Below, piece after piece: positions 1-9,362 of a stretch of 29,674 bases of DNA (position 1 is its first letter; each line of letters starts with the position of its first letter). The stretch comes from Gemmatimonadota bacterium (lineage in GTDB: Bacteria > Gemmatimonadota > Gemmatimonadetes > Palauibacterales > Palauibacteraceae): NCBI GenBank assembly GCA_039588275.1, contig JBDHAC010000042.1, positions 1-29,674 of the forward strand. Direction: 5' to 3'. The position numbers and the translations under genes are program-made. A model generated the notes under the pieces. That model worked only from the letters and a program-made list of their open reading frames with translations. It ran no database searches and was not told the origin of the DNA.

Positions 1-1836
1 GATCCCCACGCGAACGCCCAGATCCAGCCCCCGCACGCGAGCCTCGGACACGTTCTGGAACTGGAACGTCAGGAACTCACCCGTGACCGGACCGGGCTCG
101 ATCAGACCGGAATACTCGCTCCAGAACGCCCCGGCGTCGAACCACACGCGGCTGCCCACGGAAGCGGTCGCGCCTACCTCACCCGCCCACGCCGATTCGC
201 CGCCGAGCGTCAGGTTAGGGATCACGCGGAAGCCGAATTGCGTGGTATTGGTGAACTGCTCGGAAATGCTCGGCGCCCGGTATCCGCGGCTGAACGAGGC
301 ACGAAGGCTGACCCGATCCGATGGCTGGATCGCGATTCCGATCTTCGGGTTGAGCTGCAGGTCCTTCTCGGCGGTCGACGCTTTGTGATAATCGAGGCGG
401 AGCCCGATGGTGCCCTTCACCTTCGGGGACAGAACGATCTCGTCCTGCGCGAAGACCGCCAGATCCGTTACCGTGGGATTGGAGATGAAGTCCGACGTTA
501 CCGGTGTCACGGCGCCTTCGACCCCCATGGTGAGGGCGTGGTCGAGCGACGGATAGAACGAGACCTGTAGATCCGTTCCGTATCGCGTCGAGCGGTGGAA
601 CGTCTCGTTGTCGTGGAAGTGGTTCTGAACGGACGAATGGTAGATCTGCGGCCGGATCTGTAGGCGGAGGTCGGGAGTTACCACCGGGTTCGCCGTGACC
701 CCGAACGCGACGTCATCCTCGCGGACCCAGTCGCCCAATTCGACCGGGTCCACTTCGAGCGGCCGGTCCGGCGACAACCAAGTGAAGAACTCCTGCTCAT
801 CCTCGCGGGTCCAGGTCACCCAGAAGTCCCACGGATTGGCCGACTCGACCGGGAACATGCCCTTTACGCGGAGCTTCCAGCGCTCGAACTCCCCGTTCTG
901 GCGGAAGCCGTCCGAGGCCTCCCGCCCCACGTACAGCGTGGCCCCGAGCTCGCCGATGCGGCGCGAGTGCTGGAGGTTCAGTCCCTCCATGGTCAACCGC
1001 TCATCCGTGAAGTCGAAATCGGATGGCGTGTCGAAGAAGCCGTAGTGGGCGCTGACGAGAGTCTCGGGCTTCTCGGGTGGGCGCTTCGTGATGACGTTCA
1101 CGACCCCACCCAGGGCGTTCGTCCCGTACAGCGTAGAGTTCGGCCCCTTCACGACCTCGATGCGTTCGACGTCGAGGACCGGGAGCGCATCGAACTCGAT
1201 CGCTCCGCCCACCCCCGACAGGACGCGCTGCCCATCGACCAGCATGAGAACGCGACTCCCGACGCCGCGCGCCAGCCCGGTGGCACCCCGGATGTCCATC
1301 TGCCCGGAGTTGAAGATGACGCCCTGGACGAACGGCAGCGCTTCCTCGAGGCTGACGACGGTCCGGCGCTCGAGCTCTTGGCCGGTCATTACGGCTATGC
1401 TGACTGGTGACTCGCCGGGCCTCGTCGCGCCGCGATTCGCGGTGACGACAATCGAAGGCATGTCGAACACGGCCCGCTCGAGGGTGATCTCGAGTCGTGT
1501 GGCCCGGCCAGCGACGAGCTCGACTCCGATGATCGAGGTTTCCGCGTAGCCGGGAGCCACCACTCCGACCGTGTAGGTGCCCGGGAACACGCCCTCGAGG
1601 CGGAACCGTCCCTCGGGGTCGGTCGTGGTTTGTAACGTCGTTCCACCGATGAGGATCGTGGCACCCACCAGCGGTCTACCGGCGTCGGCGGACCTCACGG
1701 TGCCCTGCAGTGCACCCTGCTGGGCGGTCGCGGGGGAGAACGCGAGAAGCGTCGCGAGGGCGAAAGCCCAACCACCTACCCGCGTACGCTCGCCTATCCG
1801 CGAGAGGTCGGCCATCCCCGTTCCGACTCGTCTCAT
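1..1836 (-). CDS. TonB-dependent receptor with N-terminal carboxypeptidase-regulatory-like domain and plug domain; 3' end runs off the left edge
   Basis: Absent from the ORF track because it has no stop in the window. Manual translation of the minus strand gives a signal peptide (WAFALATLLAFSPATAQQ), then GTVRSADAGRPLVGATI...TDPEGRFRLEGVFPGTYTV, the plug motif DVERIEVVKGPNSTLYGTNALGGVVNVIT, and barrel motifs SRGYRAPSISEQF and FQNVSEARVRGLDLGV. Start is uncertain: ATG 1815, ATG 1836, or GTG 1863 (preceded by AAGGAG). Confidence 0.93.
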   Translation of the reverse strand, partial: MRRVGTGMADLSRIGERTRVGGWAFALATLLAFSPATAQQGALQGTVRSADAGRPLVGATILIGGTTLQTTTDPEGRFRLEGVFPGTYTVGVVAPGYAETSIIGVELVAGRATRLEITLERAVFDMPSIVVTANRGATRPGESPVSIAVMTGQELERRTVVSLEEALPFVQGVIFNSGQMDIRGATGLARGVGSRVLMLVDGQRVLSGVGGAIEFDALPVLDVERIEVVKGPNSTLYGTNALGGVVNVITKRPPEKPETLVSAHYGFFDTPSDFDFTDERLTMEGLNLQHSRRIGELGATLYVGREASDGFRQNGEFERWKLRVKGMFPVESANPWDFWVTWTREDEQEFFTWLSPDRPLEVDPVELGDWVREDDVAFGVTANPVVTPDLRLQIRPQIYHSSVQNHFHDNETFHRSTRYGTDLQVSFYPSLDHALTMGVEGAVTPVTSDFISNPTVTDLAVFAQDEIVLSPKVKGTIGLRLDYHKASTAEKDLQLNPKIGIAIQPSDRVSLRASFSRGYRAPSISEQFTNTTQFGFRVIPNLTLGGESAWAGEVGATASVGSRVWFDAGAFWSEYSGLIEPGPVTGEFLTFQFQNVSEARVRGLDLGVRVGI

Positions 1837-1973
1837 CCCGTTTGAGGCTAGAAGCGCGGCCACCAGCAACTCCTTTGCCTGTCCATGCAGCCCGAATCCC
1901 AAGTCAGGCCCCGCACGGTGGTCCGCTCAAACCACCTTCCGGTCCCGCGGCGAGTGGACAACGACGGATCGTG

Positions 1974-2405
1974 TTAACGCCTTTGCCACACCGATGTGTT
2001 GGCGGTCGCGGCTGGTGCGGTCACCTCCACCGTGAGGGTGCTTCCCACCAGGGAGAACGTTCCGATGGATTGGAAGCCCAACGTGGAGGAGTCCTGCGAC
2101 CACGAGCCATCGTTCGTATCGATCGAATACGTACCGTTGTCGATCACCTGTCCTGCCGGCGTAGTGATGTCGATCGCGTACGTCCCCGTGGCAACGGATC
2201 CGGTGCGCGAAGTCTCTGCGACGGTGATCGTACCGCTCACTGCGGGGGGCGTGAGCGTCACACCCGCCTGGGTGAACGAGGTGAGGTCGTACGTGCCCGA
2301 CAGGTCGGGTGGCGGGACGACATTGGTCGGTCCCTCATCGTCGCACGAGCCGGCGAACAACGTAACCGCGATGAGCGGCACCAGGATCGATCGAATCCGC
2401 CGCAT
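1974..2405 (-). CDS. Small Thr/Ser-rich lipoprotein, predicted beta-rich (lipocalin-like), function unknown
   Basis: GGAGGAG RBS. Signal MRRIRSILVPLIAVTLFAGS-C is lipobox-like. Contains LSGTYDLTSF and alternating beta-strand patterns. Confidence 0.8.
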   Translation of the reverse strand: MRRIRSILVPLIAVTLFAGSCDDEGPTNVVPPPDLSGTYDLTSFTQAGVTLTPPAVSGTITVAETSRTGSVATGTYAIDITTPAGQVIDNGTYSIDTNDGSWSQDSSTLGFQSIGTFSLVGSTLTVEVTAPAATANTSVWQRR

Positions 2406-2461
2406 GCTTCTCCTCCGATTAGCTGGGTTTCAGTGTCACGATCGGTCCAGGGCCGAAGATC

Positions 2462-4183
2462 TCAGCCGTCACCCATCGTCTCGTCGCGGCGCGCCCGGAA
2501 TTCGTTCCCCTCGCGCCAATTGGGCCATACGGATTCCGCCGACAGACGGTAGCCGATCCGGAACATTAACCTCAGATCGTCGATCGCGCCGGTCAGGTCC
2601 CAGCTCGGATCGAACTCGTCCGAGGGTTTGTGGTAGCGCTCGGCCGTATACCGCTCGCGCTGCTCGCGCCCCCAGGCCTCACCGTGCTCGATGTGGTCGA
2701 TGCCGGCATCCGTGTACAGAGCCGGCACGCCCTGCTTTGCGAAGCTGAAGTGATCCGAGCGGTAGAAGAAGCCCTTCTGAGGCTCCGGATCGGGTCGCAC
2801 CACGCGATCCTGCCGTCCCGCCTCCTCTTCGACGTAGTCGTCCAACTCCGAATTCCCCCAGCCGACGACCGTAATATCGCGCATCGGACCCCAGATGTTC
2901 AGTCCATCCATGTTGATGGCCGCCACCGTTTTGTCCAGGGGCTTGACGGGGTTCGTCGCGTAGTACGCGGAGCCGAGCAGTCCCTGCTCCTCGGCCGCCA
3001 CCGCCAGGAAGAGGATCGATCGAGCCGGCGCCGGGCTCATTGATGCGAACGCCTCCGCCAGCTCCAGCAGACCCGCCGTGCCCGTCGCGTTGTCGAGCGC
3101 GCCGTTGTAAATCTGATCGCTCTCCAGCGTCTCATCCCGCCCGAGGTGGTCCCAGTGGGCCATGTAGACCACGAACTCGTCCGGGCGTTCCGATCCCGGC
3201 GACACGGCCAGCACGTTGTTGGATGTGCTGCGCTCGACCTGGTTCTCGATGGTGAGGGAGGCGGTCAGCGGCATCTCGACCGCCTCGAAGTCCGCGCTGG
3301 CCGCCTGCGCCTTCAGCTCGTCATAGTCGAGGCCGGCACGGGCGAACAGGTCTCGCCCGGTGTCCAGCGTGATCCAGCCTTCCACGGCGGCGCGCGAAAG
3401 ATTCGCGTCTTCCGTCACGAGGCCGAACTGGGCTCCTGACCAGCTACCGGTCACCACGTCCCAGGGGTATCCGGCGGGCTCCGTCTCGTGCACGATCAGG
3501 ACGCCGGCCGCTCCCTGCCGCGCGGCCTCTTCGTACTTGTAGGTCCAGCGGCCGTAGTAGGTCATCGAGCGGCCGTGGAATAGGTCCGGGTCCTCGGTCG
3601 CGAAACCGGGATCGTTCACCAGCATCACGACGGTCTTCCCGGAGGCGTCCACGCCCTCGTAGTCGTTCCAGCCGTACTCGGGGGCCACGACCCCGTAGCC
3701 CACGAACAGCATCTCCGAGTCCTGGAGCTCGACGCGGTCGATGACCCGCTTCGTCCAGGCCATGAAATCCGTGTGGTACGCGAGCTCGGTCGTTCCGTCG
3801 TCGCCTGTCACGGAGAGCGTCATCGCCGGGTCCGCGGTGATCGCGACCAGCGGTACCTCTTGGAAGAACGAGTCGCCGTTGCCCGGCTCGAGTCCGAGCT
3901 CCTCGAAAGACTCCCGCAGGTAGGCGATGGTGACGCGCTCTCCTTCCGAAGCGGGCCCACGTCCCTCGAACTCGTCGGAAGCAAGCGTCTGGATGCGCGT
4001 CGAGAGCCCGTCCGCATCCAGGTATCCCATGGCGGCATCGACCGCCCGATCGGAGGATCCCGCGTCGCAGCCCGCCAGGAATATGAGAACCATCGGGGCC
4101 AGCGCGGCGCCCCGTCGAGCGTCCGGCCCGCGTCGAGCGCGGGGGGTCGCCCGCTTATTGTGCCTCTTCACTTCGTATACCAT
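2462..4183 (-). CDS. M28 family metallopeptidase with PA domain, lipoprotein
   Basis: Zn-ligand motifs AHWDHLG, NGALDNATG, AAEEQGLLGS, INMD and YHKPSDE. PA-domain segment FVGYGVVAPEYGWNDY...MTYYGRWTYKYEEAARQGA. Lipobox LAGC. Start uncertain (4219, 4183 or 4171). Confidence 0.95.
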   Translation of the reverse strand: MVYEVKRHNKRATPRARRGPDARRGAALAPMVLIFLAGCDAGSSDRAVDAAMGYLDADGLSTRIQTLASDEFEGRGPASEGERVTIAYLRESFEELGLEPGNGDSFFQEVPLVAITADPAMTLSVTGDDGTTELAYHTDFMAWTKRVIDRVELQDSEMLFVGYGVVAPEYGWNDYEGVDASGKTVVMLVNDPGFATEDPDLFHGRSMTYYGRWTYKYEEAARQGAAGVLIVHETEPAGYPWDVVTGSWSGAQFGLVTEDANLSRAAVEGWITLDTGRDLFARAGLDYDELKAQAASADFEAVEMPLTASLTIENQVERSTSNNVLAVSPGSERPDEFVVYMAHWDHLGRDETLESDQIYNGALDNATGTAGLLELAEAFASMSPAPARSILFLAVAAEEQGLLGSAYYATNPVKPLDKTVAAINMDGLNIWGPMRDITVVGWGNSELDDYVEEEAGRQDRVVRPDPEPQKGFFYRSDHFSFAKQGVPALYTDAGIDHIEHGEAWGREQRERYTAERYHKPSDEFDPSWDLTGAIDDLRLMFRIGYRLSAESVWPNWREGNEFRARRDETMGDG

Positions 4184-4415
4184 CCTTTGAAGCTTCGAAA
4201 ACGTGATCGACGTCTTCACTACTTACCCTGTCGGCACGGACGGCGCTACGCCGGTCGCCGGCGAAACGGCAGTTGGGACGAGGACGGCGCGGCGCGGGAG
4301 CCCGGTTAACGAATGTCCCGGCCGCGTCGTCATCGCTTTATCGACGATCGGCCTCGCCCGTGAGCTGGCGGCGGGCCCGATCGAACGAGGTCATCTCTGC
4401 CGTGTGAGGTATCGG

Positions 4416-5708
4416 ATGTCGACGTACCCCGCCGCGCGACGCGCGCGCCCCCTGGCTCTCATCTATTGCACCCTCCTCCCGCTTTCGATCGCATGCTCGC
4501 CGGACACCGTGACGGCGCCGCCCGGCATCGAGCCCCCGATCCGGGGCAACGCGATCGAGGGGAGGATCGCGTTCGAGGCCGAGTGCGCCTCGTGTCATGC
4601 CGCCCGGGACGGACTCGACCTCGCGTTCTTCGGATTCCCCGACACGACCATCATCCGGCGGGCGGTCGCGCATGTGGATTCGTCCACCGCCCACGACATC
4701 GTGGCGCACATCGCTACAATCCGCGTGGCGCCCACGTCTCGCGAGTTCCGGCTCTTCCAACCGGGCGGCATGCAGGCAGCCGGCGATGTCGACTTCGCCG
4801 TGCGGCTGTTCGGCTCGGACGCGTGGCCCGTCCAGCTGACCTCCGAGGCACTGGAGGCGGTCGACCCTCGTGATGTCGCGATCGCGCTCCCGATGCCGCT
4901 GTGGTCGTTCGAGTTCAGCAATCTGGACTGGATGCCCGGGACGCCGATCGACGATGCGCTGCTCGATCATCCCACCGAGGTGGGCGTAGCTCGCGCGCAC
5001 CTGGCCAGCTACTACGCGACCCGGAGCGAGGAAGATCTGCTCAGGGCGGTGGTCGCGCTGCGGATCGCCGAGCGCGAACCCGCGAACTCGAATGCCCCCT
5101 GCGTGATGGATCCAATCGACCAGCTACGGCCGGTCGAATGCTTCGAGGTCCGCCGGTGGATCTCGACGCTCGTCGCGCAGCACATGATGCGGAGCGGCGA
5201 GACGGAGCCGATCCACTCGGCTCTTCACGACGAGTGGTGGGACGTCGGTAACGTCAGCCGACGCTCGCGCCAGATCGGGCAGCCGCTGGACAACGCGGTT
5301 CAGAATTGGGCGGTGTGGATGTACCTGGGCTGGGCGTTCGACCCGGCGCGGCACGCCAGCGTCTATTTGGGGAACGCATTCACTCTGCTGGGCATGCCGC
5401 GGCAGGCGACCTTTCACGCCCTCCGCGCACAGGTGAGTCGCGGCCGGCGGAGCCTGGCCGCGTATCACGATGCGCACAACGCCGCGCGGTTCTCGCCGGT
5501 TCACTGGGCCTTCGATGCCACGCGATTCGGCCTCGAGGAGCTCCTCGGCCGCCTCCAGGCGGGCCTCCGACCGGGAAGCGCGGAGGCGCTCGCGGAAGCG
5601 CGGGTGACCATGGATCGCGCCTATACCGCGGCCGCGCGCAAGGTCACGCCGTCCGAGGCCGCCGAGCTGGCTGCACTACGCGACCAGATCGTCTCGCTGC
5701 TGAACTGA
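4416..5708 (+). CDS. Uncharacterised lipoprotein with a single c-type heme-binding motif (CASCH) and a helical C-terminal region
   Basis: GAGG RBS before ATG 4416. Signal ends LSIA-C. GRIAFEAECASCH lies at 4584-4598, followed by TAHDIVAHI, which resembles the C-terminal helix of class I cytochrome c. The ORF-track start at 4203 is probably too early. Confidence 0.75.
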   Translation: MSTYPAARRARPLALIYCTLLPLSIACSPDTVTAPPGIEPPIRGNAIEGRIAFEAECASCHAARDGLDLAFFGFPDTTIIRRAVAHVDSSTAHDIVAHIATIRVAPTSREFRLFQPGGMQAAGDVDFAVRLFGSDAWPVQLTSEALEAVDPRDVAIALPMPLWSFEFSNLDWMPGTPIDDALLDHPTEVGVARAHLASYYATRSEEDLLRAVVALRIAEREPANSNAPCVMDPIDQLRPVECFEVRRWISTLVAQHMMRSGETEPIHSALHDEWWDVGNVSRRSRQIGQPLDNAVQNWAVWMYLGWAFDPARHASVYLGNAFTLLGMPRQATFHALRAQVSRGRRSLAAYHDAHNAARFSPVHWAFDATRFGLEELLGRLQAGLRPGSAEALAEARVTMDRAYTAAARKVTPSEAAELAALRDQIVSLLN

Positions 5709-5790
5709 CCCGGCAACCGGCGATCCGAACCAGGAGTCCTGCGGGCGGAGGCGCGCCTGCGAGGTCACGCCTGCACCCGGCGCACGCCCT

Positions 5791-6705
5791 TCAGCGCGGG
5801 AATCGAACCGAGGCCCCGGCCGCGACGAACCAATCGTCGGCGGCTTCGTTGAGCCCCACCCCGGCGCTCGTGTCCAGTTGCATGGCATCGCTCACCAGCA
5901 CGGTGAAGCCGCCGTCGAGGCTGTGTCGGTCCAGGCGGCCGTCGGCCAGCCCGAAGAACCCGAAGCTCTCCAGGAAGGCGCCGACCCGGTCCGCGAGCCC
6001 GAAGCCCAGCGCCACCGTGTACAGCAGATCGGCCTGCGTGTCGAGCGCGTCAGGGCCGGTCTGCACGGTCTCCCACCGGACACCGGCGTTGTAGCCCAGC
6101 GAGACCCGCTCGCTCAGATCGTTCGACGCCGCGACTCGCACGGTCGGATCGGCCCGCTCGCTGCCGACCCCGGCCCGGCCTACCGGCAGCGTGATTCCTC
6201 CCAGGAGGGCGAGTCGGGTCCCGGCCCCCTCGGGGGCCACGAGCTCCCATTTCAGGCCGAGGTCCGCGTCGCCAGCCCCGTCGGGACTCGCGTCCGGGCC
6301 CGGGCTCGAGACGGGGTCCGAGAGAGGGTCCGTCACCTCTTCATCCTGGGTGATCCAGCCGGCGAACCCCACGCGTGCCTCGAGCCCGGAGCCGAGACCG
6401 ATCCGGAGCAGCGCGCCGGGAACCGCGTGGCTCCTGACCTCGAGTCCGTCCCCACGCTCCACCGCGTAGGTCCACCCGACTTCGAGCTGAAACAGGCCGG
6501 CGGCAACGGATTGAGCCGATTCGGTCTGATCCGGCCGATCCGTGACCAACGGGCCGGGCTCCTGTGCGATGGCGGTCGGCGGCGCGAACGTGACGCAGGC
6601 GCTGACGATCGCGGCCCCGACCCAGCGCCTGGTCTCGCGATGCTGGCGCTGCGGGCGGGAGTCGCTCGGACGGGGCGGTCTGGGTGGCCGCGGTCGACTC
6701 GGCAT
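5791..6705 (-). CDS. Outer-membrane beta-barrel 'transporter' (Phenol_MetA_deg-like family)
   Basis: GAGGAGG RBS and signal peptide. N-terminal LVTDRPDQTESAQSV motif, GAGDADLGLKW, amphipathic strands, and C-terminal WFVAAGASVRF. Confidence 0.85.
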   Translation of the reverse strand: MPSRPRPPRPPRPSDSRPQRQHRETRRWVGAAIVSACVTFAPPTAIAQEPGPLVTDRPDQTESAQSVAAGLFQLEVGWTYAVERGDGLEVRSHAVPGALLRIGLGSGLEARVGFAGWITQDEEVTDPLSDPVSSPGPDASPDGAGDADLGLKWELVAPEGAGTRLALLGGITLPVGRAGVGSERADPTVRVAASNDLSERVSLGYNAGVRWETVQTGPDALDTQADLLYTVALGFGLADRVGAFLESFGFFGLADGRLDRHSLDGGFTVLVSDAMQLDTSAGVGLNEAADDWFVAAGASVRFPR

Positions 6706-6771
6706 GCGCTCGACCTCCTCGTGTGGGCCGCCGCCCCGCGACGCGGTGCGCGAGGCCTGCAGCTCGGAATA

Positions 6772-6812
6772 TTTAGCCCGTACTAATTTAGAGCACGCTA
6801 AAAATCCGTCAA
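6772..6812 (-). promoter_or_regulatory. Sigma70-type promoter overlapped by two tandem TTAG-N6-CTAA palindromes
   Basis: Minus strand TTGACG (6812-6807), N16, TAAATT (6790-6785). Boxes TTAGcccgtaCTAA (6773-6786) and TTAGagcacgCTAA (6788-6801) form an AT-rich island in GC-rich DNA. Confidence 0.7.
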
Positions 6813-6896
6813 GTCGATGATCCGGGCGAGTGCCGGGGCAAGAGGTGCCTCGATCGGTCCTTCGATCCCTGTGGGGCGGGAACTTCGATGCGGGGG

Positions 6897-9242
6897 TTAG
6901 CGCTCCCCTTCGTCCTCCAGCAGCCTGCGGAGCGCTCCGCGGTCGCGCTCGCTCACGAACAGGGTGGCGCCGGTGGTCACGAGATCCGAGACCACGTCGC
7001 GTAGCGGGCGCTCGCGGCGTGCGCGCTGGTAGTCGCTCAGATCACCGATGAACGGCCACAGCCGTTCCCGCACGTCATCGGGCAGCACCTGATCCAGGTA
7101 CTCGAGGGCGAGGCTGCGCAGGCTCTCGTCTCCGAGCAGGATGCCCTGGTACGCCGATCGGACGGCTTCGGGATCCAAGACGAGCGACAGCAGACGGAAC
7201 GCGTGTTCCAGGCTCAATTCTCCGCGCGCTTCGACACGCTCGGTTACGAGGTCATCTTCAGCCGGGTCGTCATCCAGCAGTCGCTGCAGCTCCCACACCG
7301 GGCGCTCGCGACCCACCTCCCGGCGTATGGCAGCCCACACGCGCTCATCGGCCTCGGGCGTCCGTGGGTCCCGGTCGCGCCGGCGGCGGCGGACGAGCGC
7401 GATGGCGACCCTGTACCTCACCTCGAAGCGGGGCGCGGTGAGGGCGTCGAGCAGTGCGAGCCCGGCATCGGGCGACGAGTATCGCGCCAGGATCGCTGGA
7501 ATGCGGCGACGGAGGACGAAATCCGCCGAGTCGTCACGTAACATGCCGGCCAGCTGCGGCAGCGCGTCAGACTCCATCTCCACCAGCACGTCGGTCACGC
7601 GCCGGTAGAGACTGTCGCGCGCCAGCAGCCGGACGAGCGCCGGCACGTGCCCCTCCGCCCACTCATCGACCCGGTCCAGCACCTCGAGTACCTCTTCCGT
7701 GGTCCCGTGCAGACGAGCCGATGCTTCCCGGGTTGCTCGCTCGCCGGGGCCCGTCGTCGAGGGCGGGCCACCGACTGCCGCTCCCGAGTCGCGCCCCGCC
7801 GCCGCTTTGCCCACGATCGTCGACCGCAGATCCTCGACGATCGCGGATGTGCGACCGGCATCGGCGGTCAGATCGGCCGTCGCCATGACCACACCTGCGC
7901 TCTCCAGCGCAGGCCGAAGATCCACGCGCGTGAAGCTGCCGCTCAACAGGTCTCGTTGGTCCGCTCCTGCCGCGGCCTCGTCGGCTCCGACCCGCAATTG
8001 CGAGGTCACCGCGCTCAGGTAGCTCCGACCGGATCGGCGCGCGAGCCAAAGGAAGTACAGCGCGAACCCGAGCGCGAAGACGGATAGGAATCGCGACGGA
8101 AGCCCGCCGAAAGTCACGACCAGGAACACGATCCCCGCACCAACTCCTTCGGCAGCGCTGTCCGCGACCGAGTCGATGAAGGTCTTGGTCTTCCGGCGCA
8201 GCGCGGCCGGGACGGGTACGTAGAGCACCTCCAGCACCGATCGGTGAAGCGACTTGCGAAGCGAGTTGTCGCCACCACGAACCAGAGTCGCGATCACCAG
8301 CCCCGGAGCTACCAGCAAACCCGTCGACCCGAGCAGCAGGATCATGGGCAGGACGGATAGTGTCACTGCGATCCCGGTGGATGCCATCAGCCTGGCCGAG
8401 AGCAAGACCTGGATGACCAGCGATGCGGCGCCCGTCCACCCGTAGAAAGCCCCGAAGAACGCAGCGAGGGACTCACGGGTCGTGAGCGTGGCGCGAGCCA
8501 TCTCCTTGAACTGGTAATCGACGAGCGTGCTCGCGATAGTCGCGGTCGCCACGATCAGGGCGATCGTCCGGAGGTGCGGCGTTCGCCACGCGAGACCCAA
8601 GCTCTCCCGGATCGAGGAGCGCGCTGGCTCCGCGACCGCAACCGGAGCCGGCTGCTCCACCGACGGCAGGGCCAACTGGATCAGCATGAAGAGGAGTAGA
8701 AGGCCGATGAGCCCCGGCACGAGTACCGACAGCTCCAGCCGGCCGGCCAGCCATACGAGCGAGTTGCCCATGACCATGGCCCCGGCCGTTCCCCCTGCGC
8801 CGATCAGCCCGAACAGCCGCTTGGCTCCCCGGACGGGGAAGAGCTCGGCGGTCACCAGCCAGAAGCCGGACGTCAGCAGAAGGGTCCCCAGGGCGGTCCA
8901 CAGGTAGAACGCGACCACCGCGGGACCGGAGCGGCCGACGAGCGGCCACAGGCCGGCGAGGCCGAGGGCCAGAAAGATCAGCAGGCGCACCATGGTCCGC
9001 CGCGGATCGCCTCGCGCCAGCCGGCGGGCGAACACCGCCACCGTCGGTACGCTGAGTAGAGCCACGCCGGCGGTGATGTACGGCAGCGTCTCCACCGGGA
9101 AGCTTGTCAGATAGAAGGCCTCGCGAAGCGAACGGCCGAGGATGAGGAAGGCGATTACCAGAAAGGCTCCGCCGAAGGAGAGCGCGACGGTTCGGACCTC
9201 CTCGGGCCGAAGATCCAACCAGCGGGCGAGCCACGCGCGCAA
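6897..9242 (-). CDS. NTT/TLC (Npt1/Npt2-like) nucleotide-transporter family protein fused to a HEAT-repeat-like domain
   Basis: TTG start with AGGAG RBS. About 12 TM N-terminal domain with AKRLFGLIGAGGTAG, STLVDYQFK, AFFGAFYG and EVLYVPVPAALRRKTKTFID. Helical C-terminus (VLRRRIPAILA, RFEVRYRVAIAL, LRSLALEYLD). Confidence 0.88.
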   Translation of the reverse strand: MRAWLARWLDLRPEEVRTVALSFGGAFLVIAFLILGRSLREAFYLTSFPVETLPYITAGVALLSVPTVAVFARRLARGDPRRTMVRLLIFLALGLAGLWPLVGRSGPAVVAFYLWTALGTLLLTSGFWLVTAELFPVRGAKRLFGLIGAGGTAGAMVMGNSLVWLAGRLELSVLVPGLIGLLLLFMLIQLALPSVEQPAPVAVAEPARSSIRESLGLAWRTPHLRTIALIVATATIASTLVDYQFKEMARATLTTRESLAAFFGAFYGWTGAASLVIQVLLSARLMASTGIAVTLSVLPMILLLGSTGLLVAPGLVIATLVRGGDNSLRKSLHRSVLEVLYVPVPAALRRKTKTFIDSVADSAAEGVGAGIVFLVVTFGGLPSRFLSVFALGFALYFLWLARRSGRSYLSAVTSQLRVGADEAAAGADQRDLLSGSFTRVDLRPALESAGVVMATADLTADAGRTSAIVEDLRSTIVGKAAAGRDSGAAVGGPPSTTGPGERATREASARLHGTTEEVLEVLDRVDEWAEGHVPALVRLLARDSLYRRVTDVLVEMESDALPQLAGMLRDDSADFVLRRRIPAILARYSSPDAGLALLDALTAPRFEVRYRVAIALVRRRRRDRDPRTPEADERVWAAIRREVGRERPVWELQRLLDDDPAEDDLVTERVEARGELSLEHAFRLLSLVLDPEAVRSAYQGILLGDESLRSLALEYLDQVLPDDVRERLWPFIGDLSDYQRARRERPLRDVVSDLVTTGATLFVSERDRGALRRLLEDEGER

Positions 9243-9362
9243 GTCTCAGGCTCCTAGCCTCGGGGCCCGTGAGGGCCTTTTCGGCGACAAAGTTCGGCGG
9301 CCGTCACGGGATCGGTCTCGAGACTCCCGTTCGCCGGGTCGGGCGCAGCCCGGGCCGCCCTC

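Noticed and set aside
83..2035. Several plus-strand ORFs at the left end
   Set aside because: They are antisense shadows of the TonB receptor, whose motifs are clear on the minus strand.
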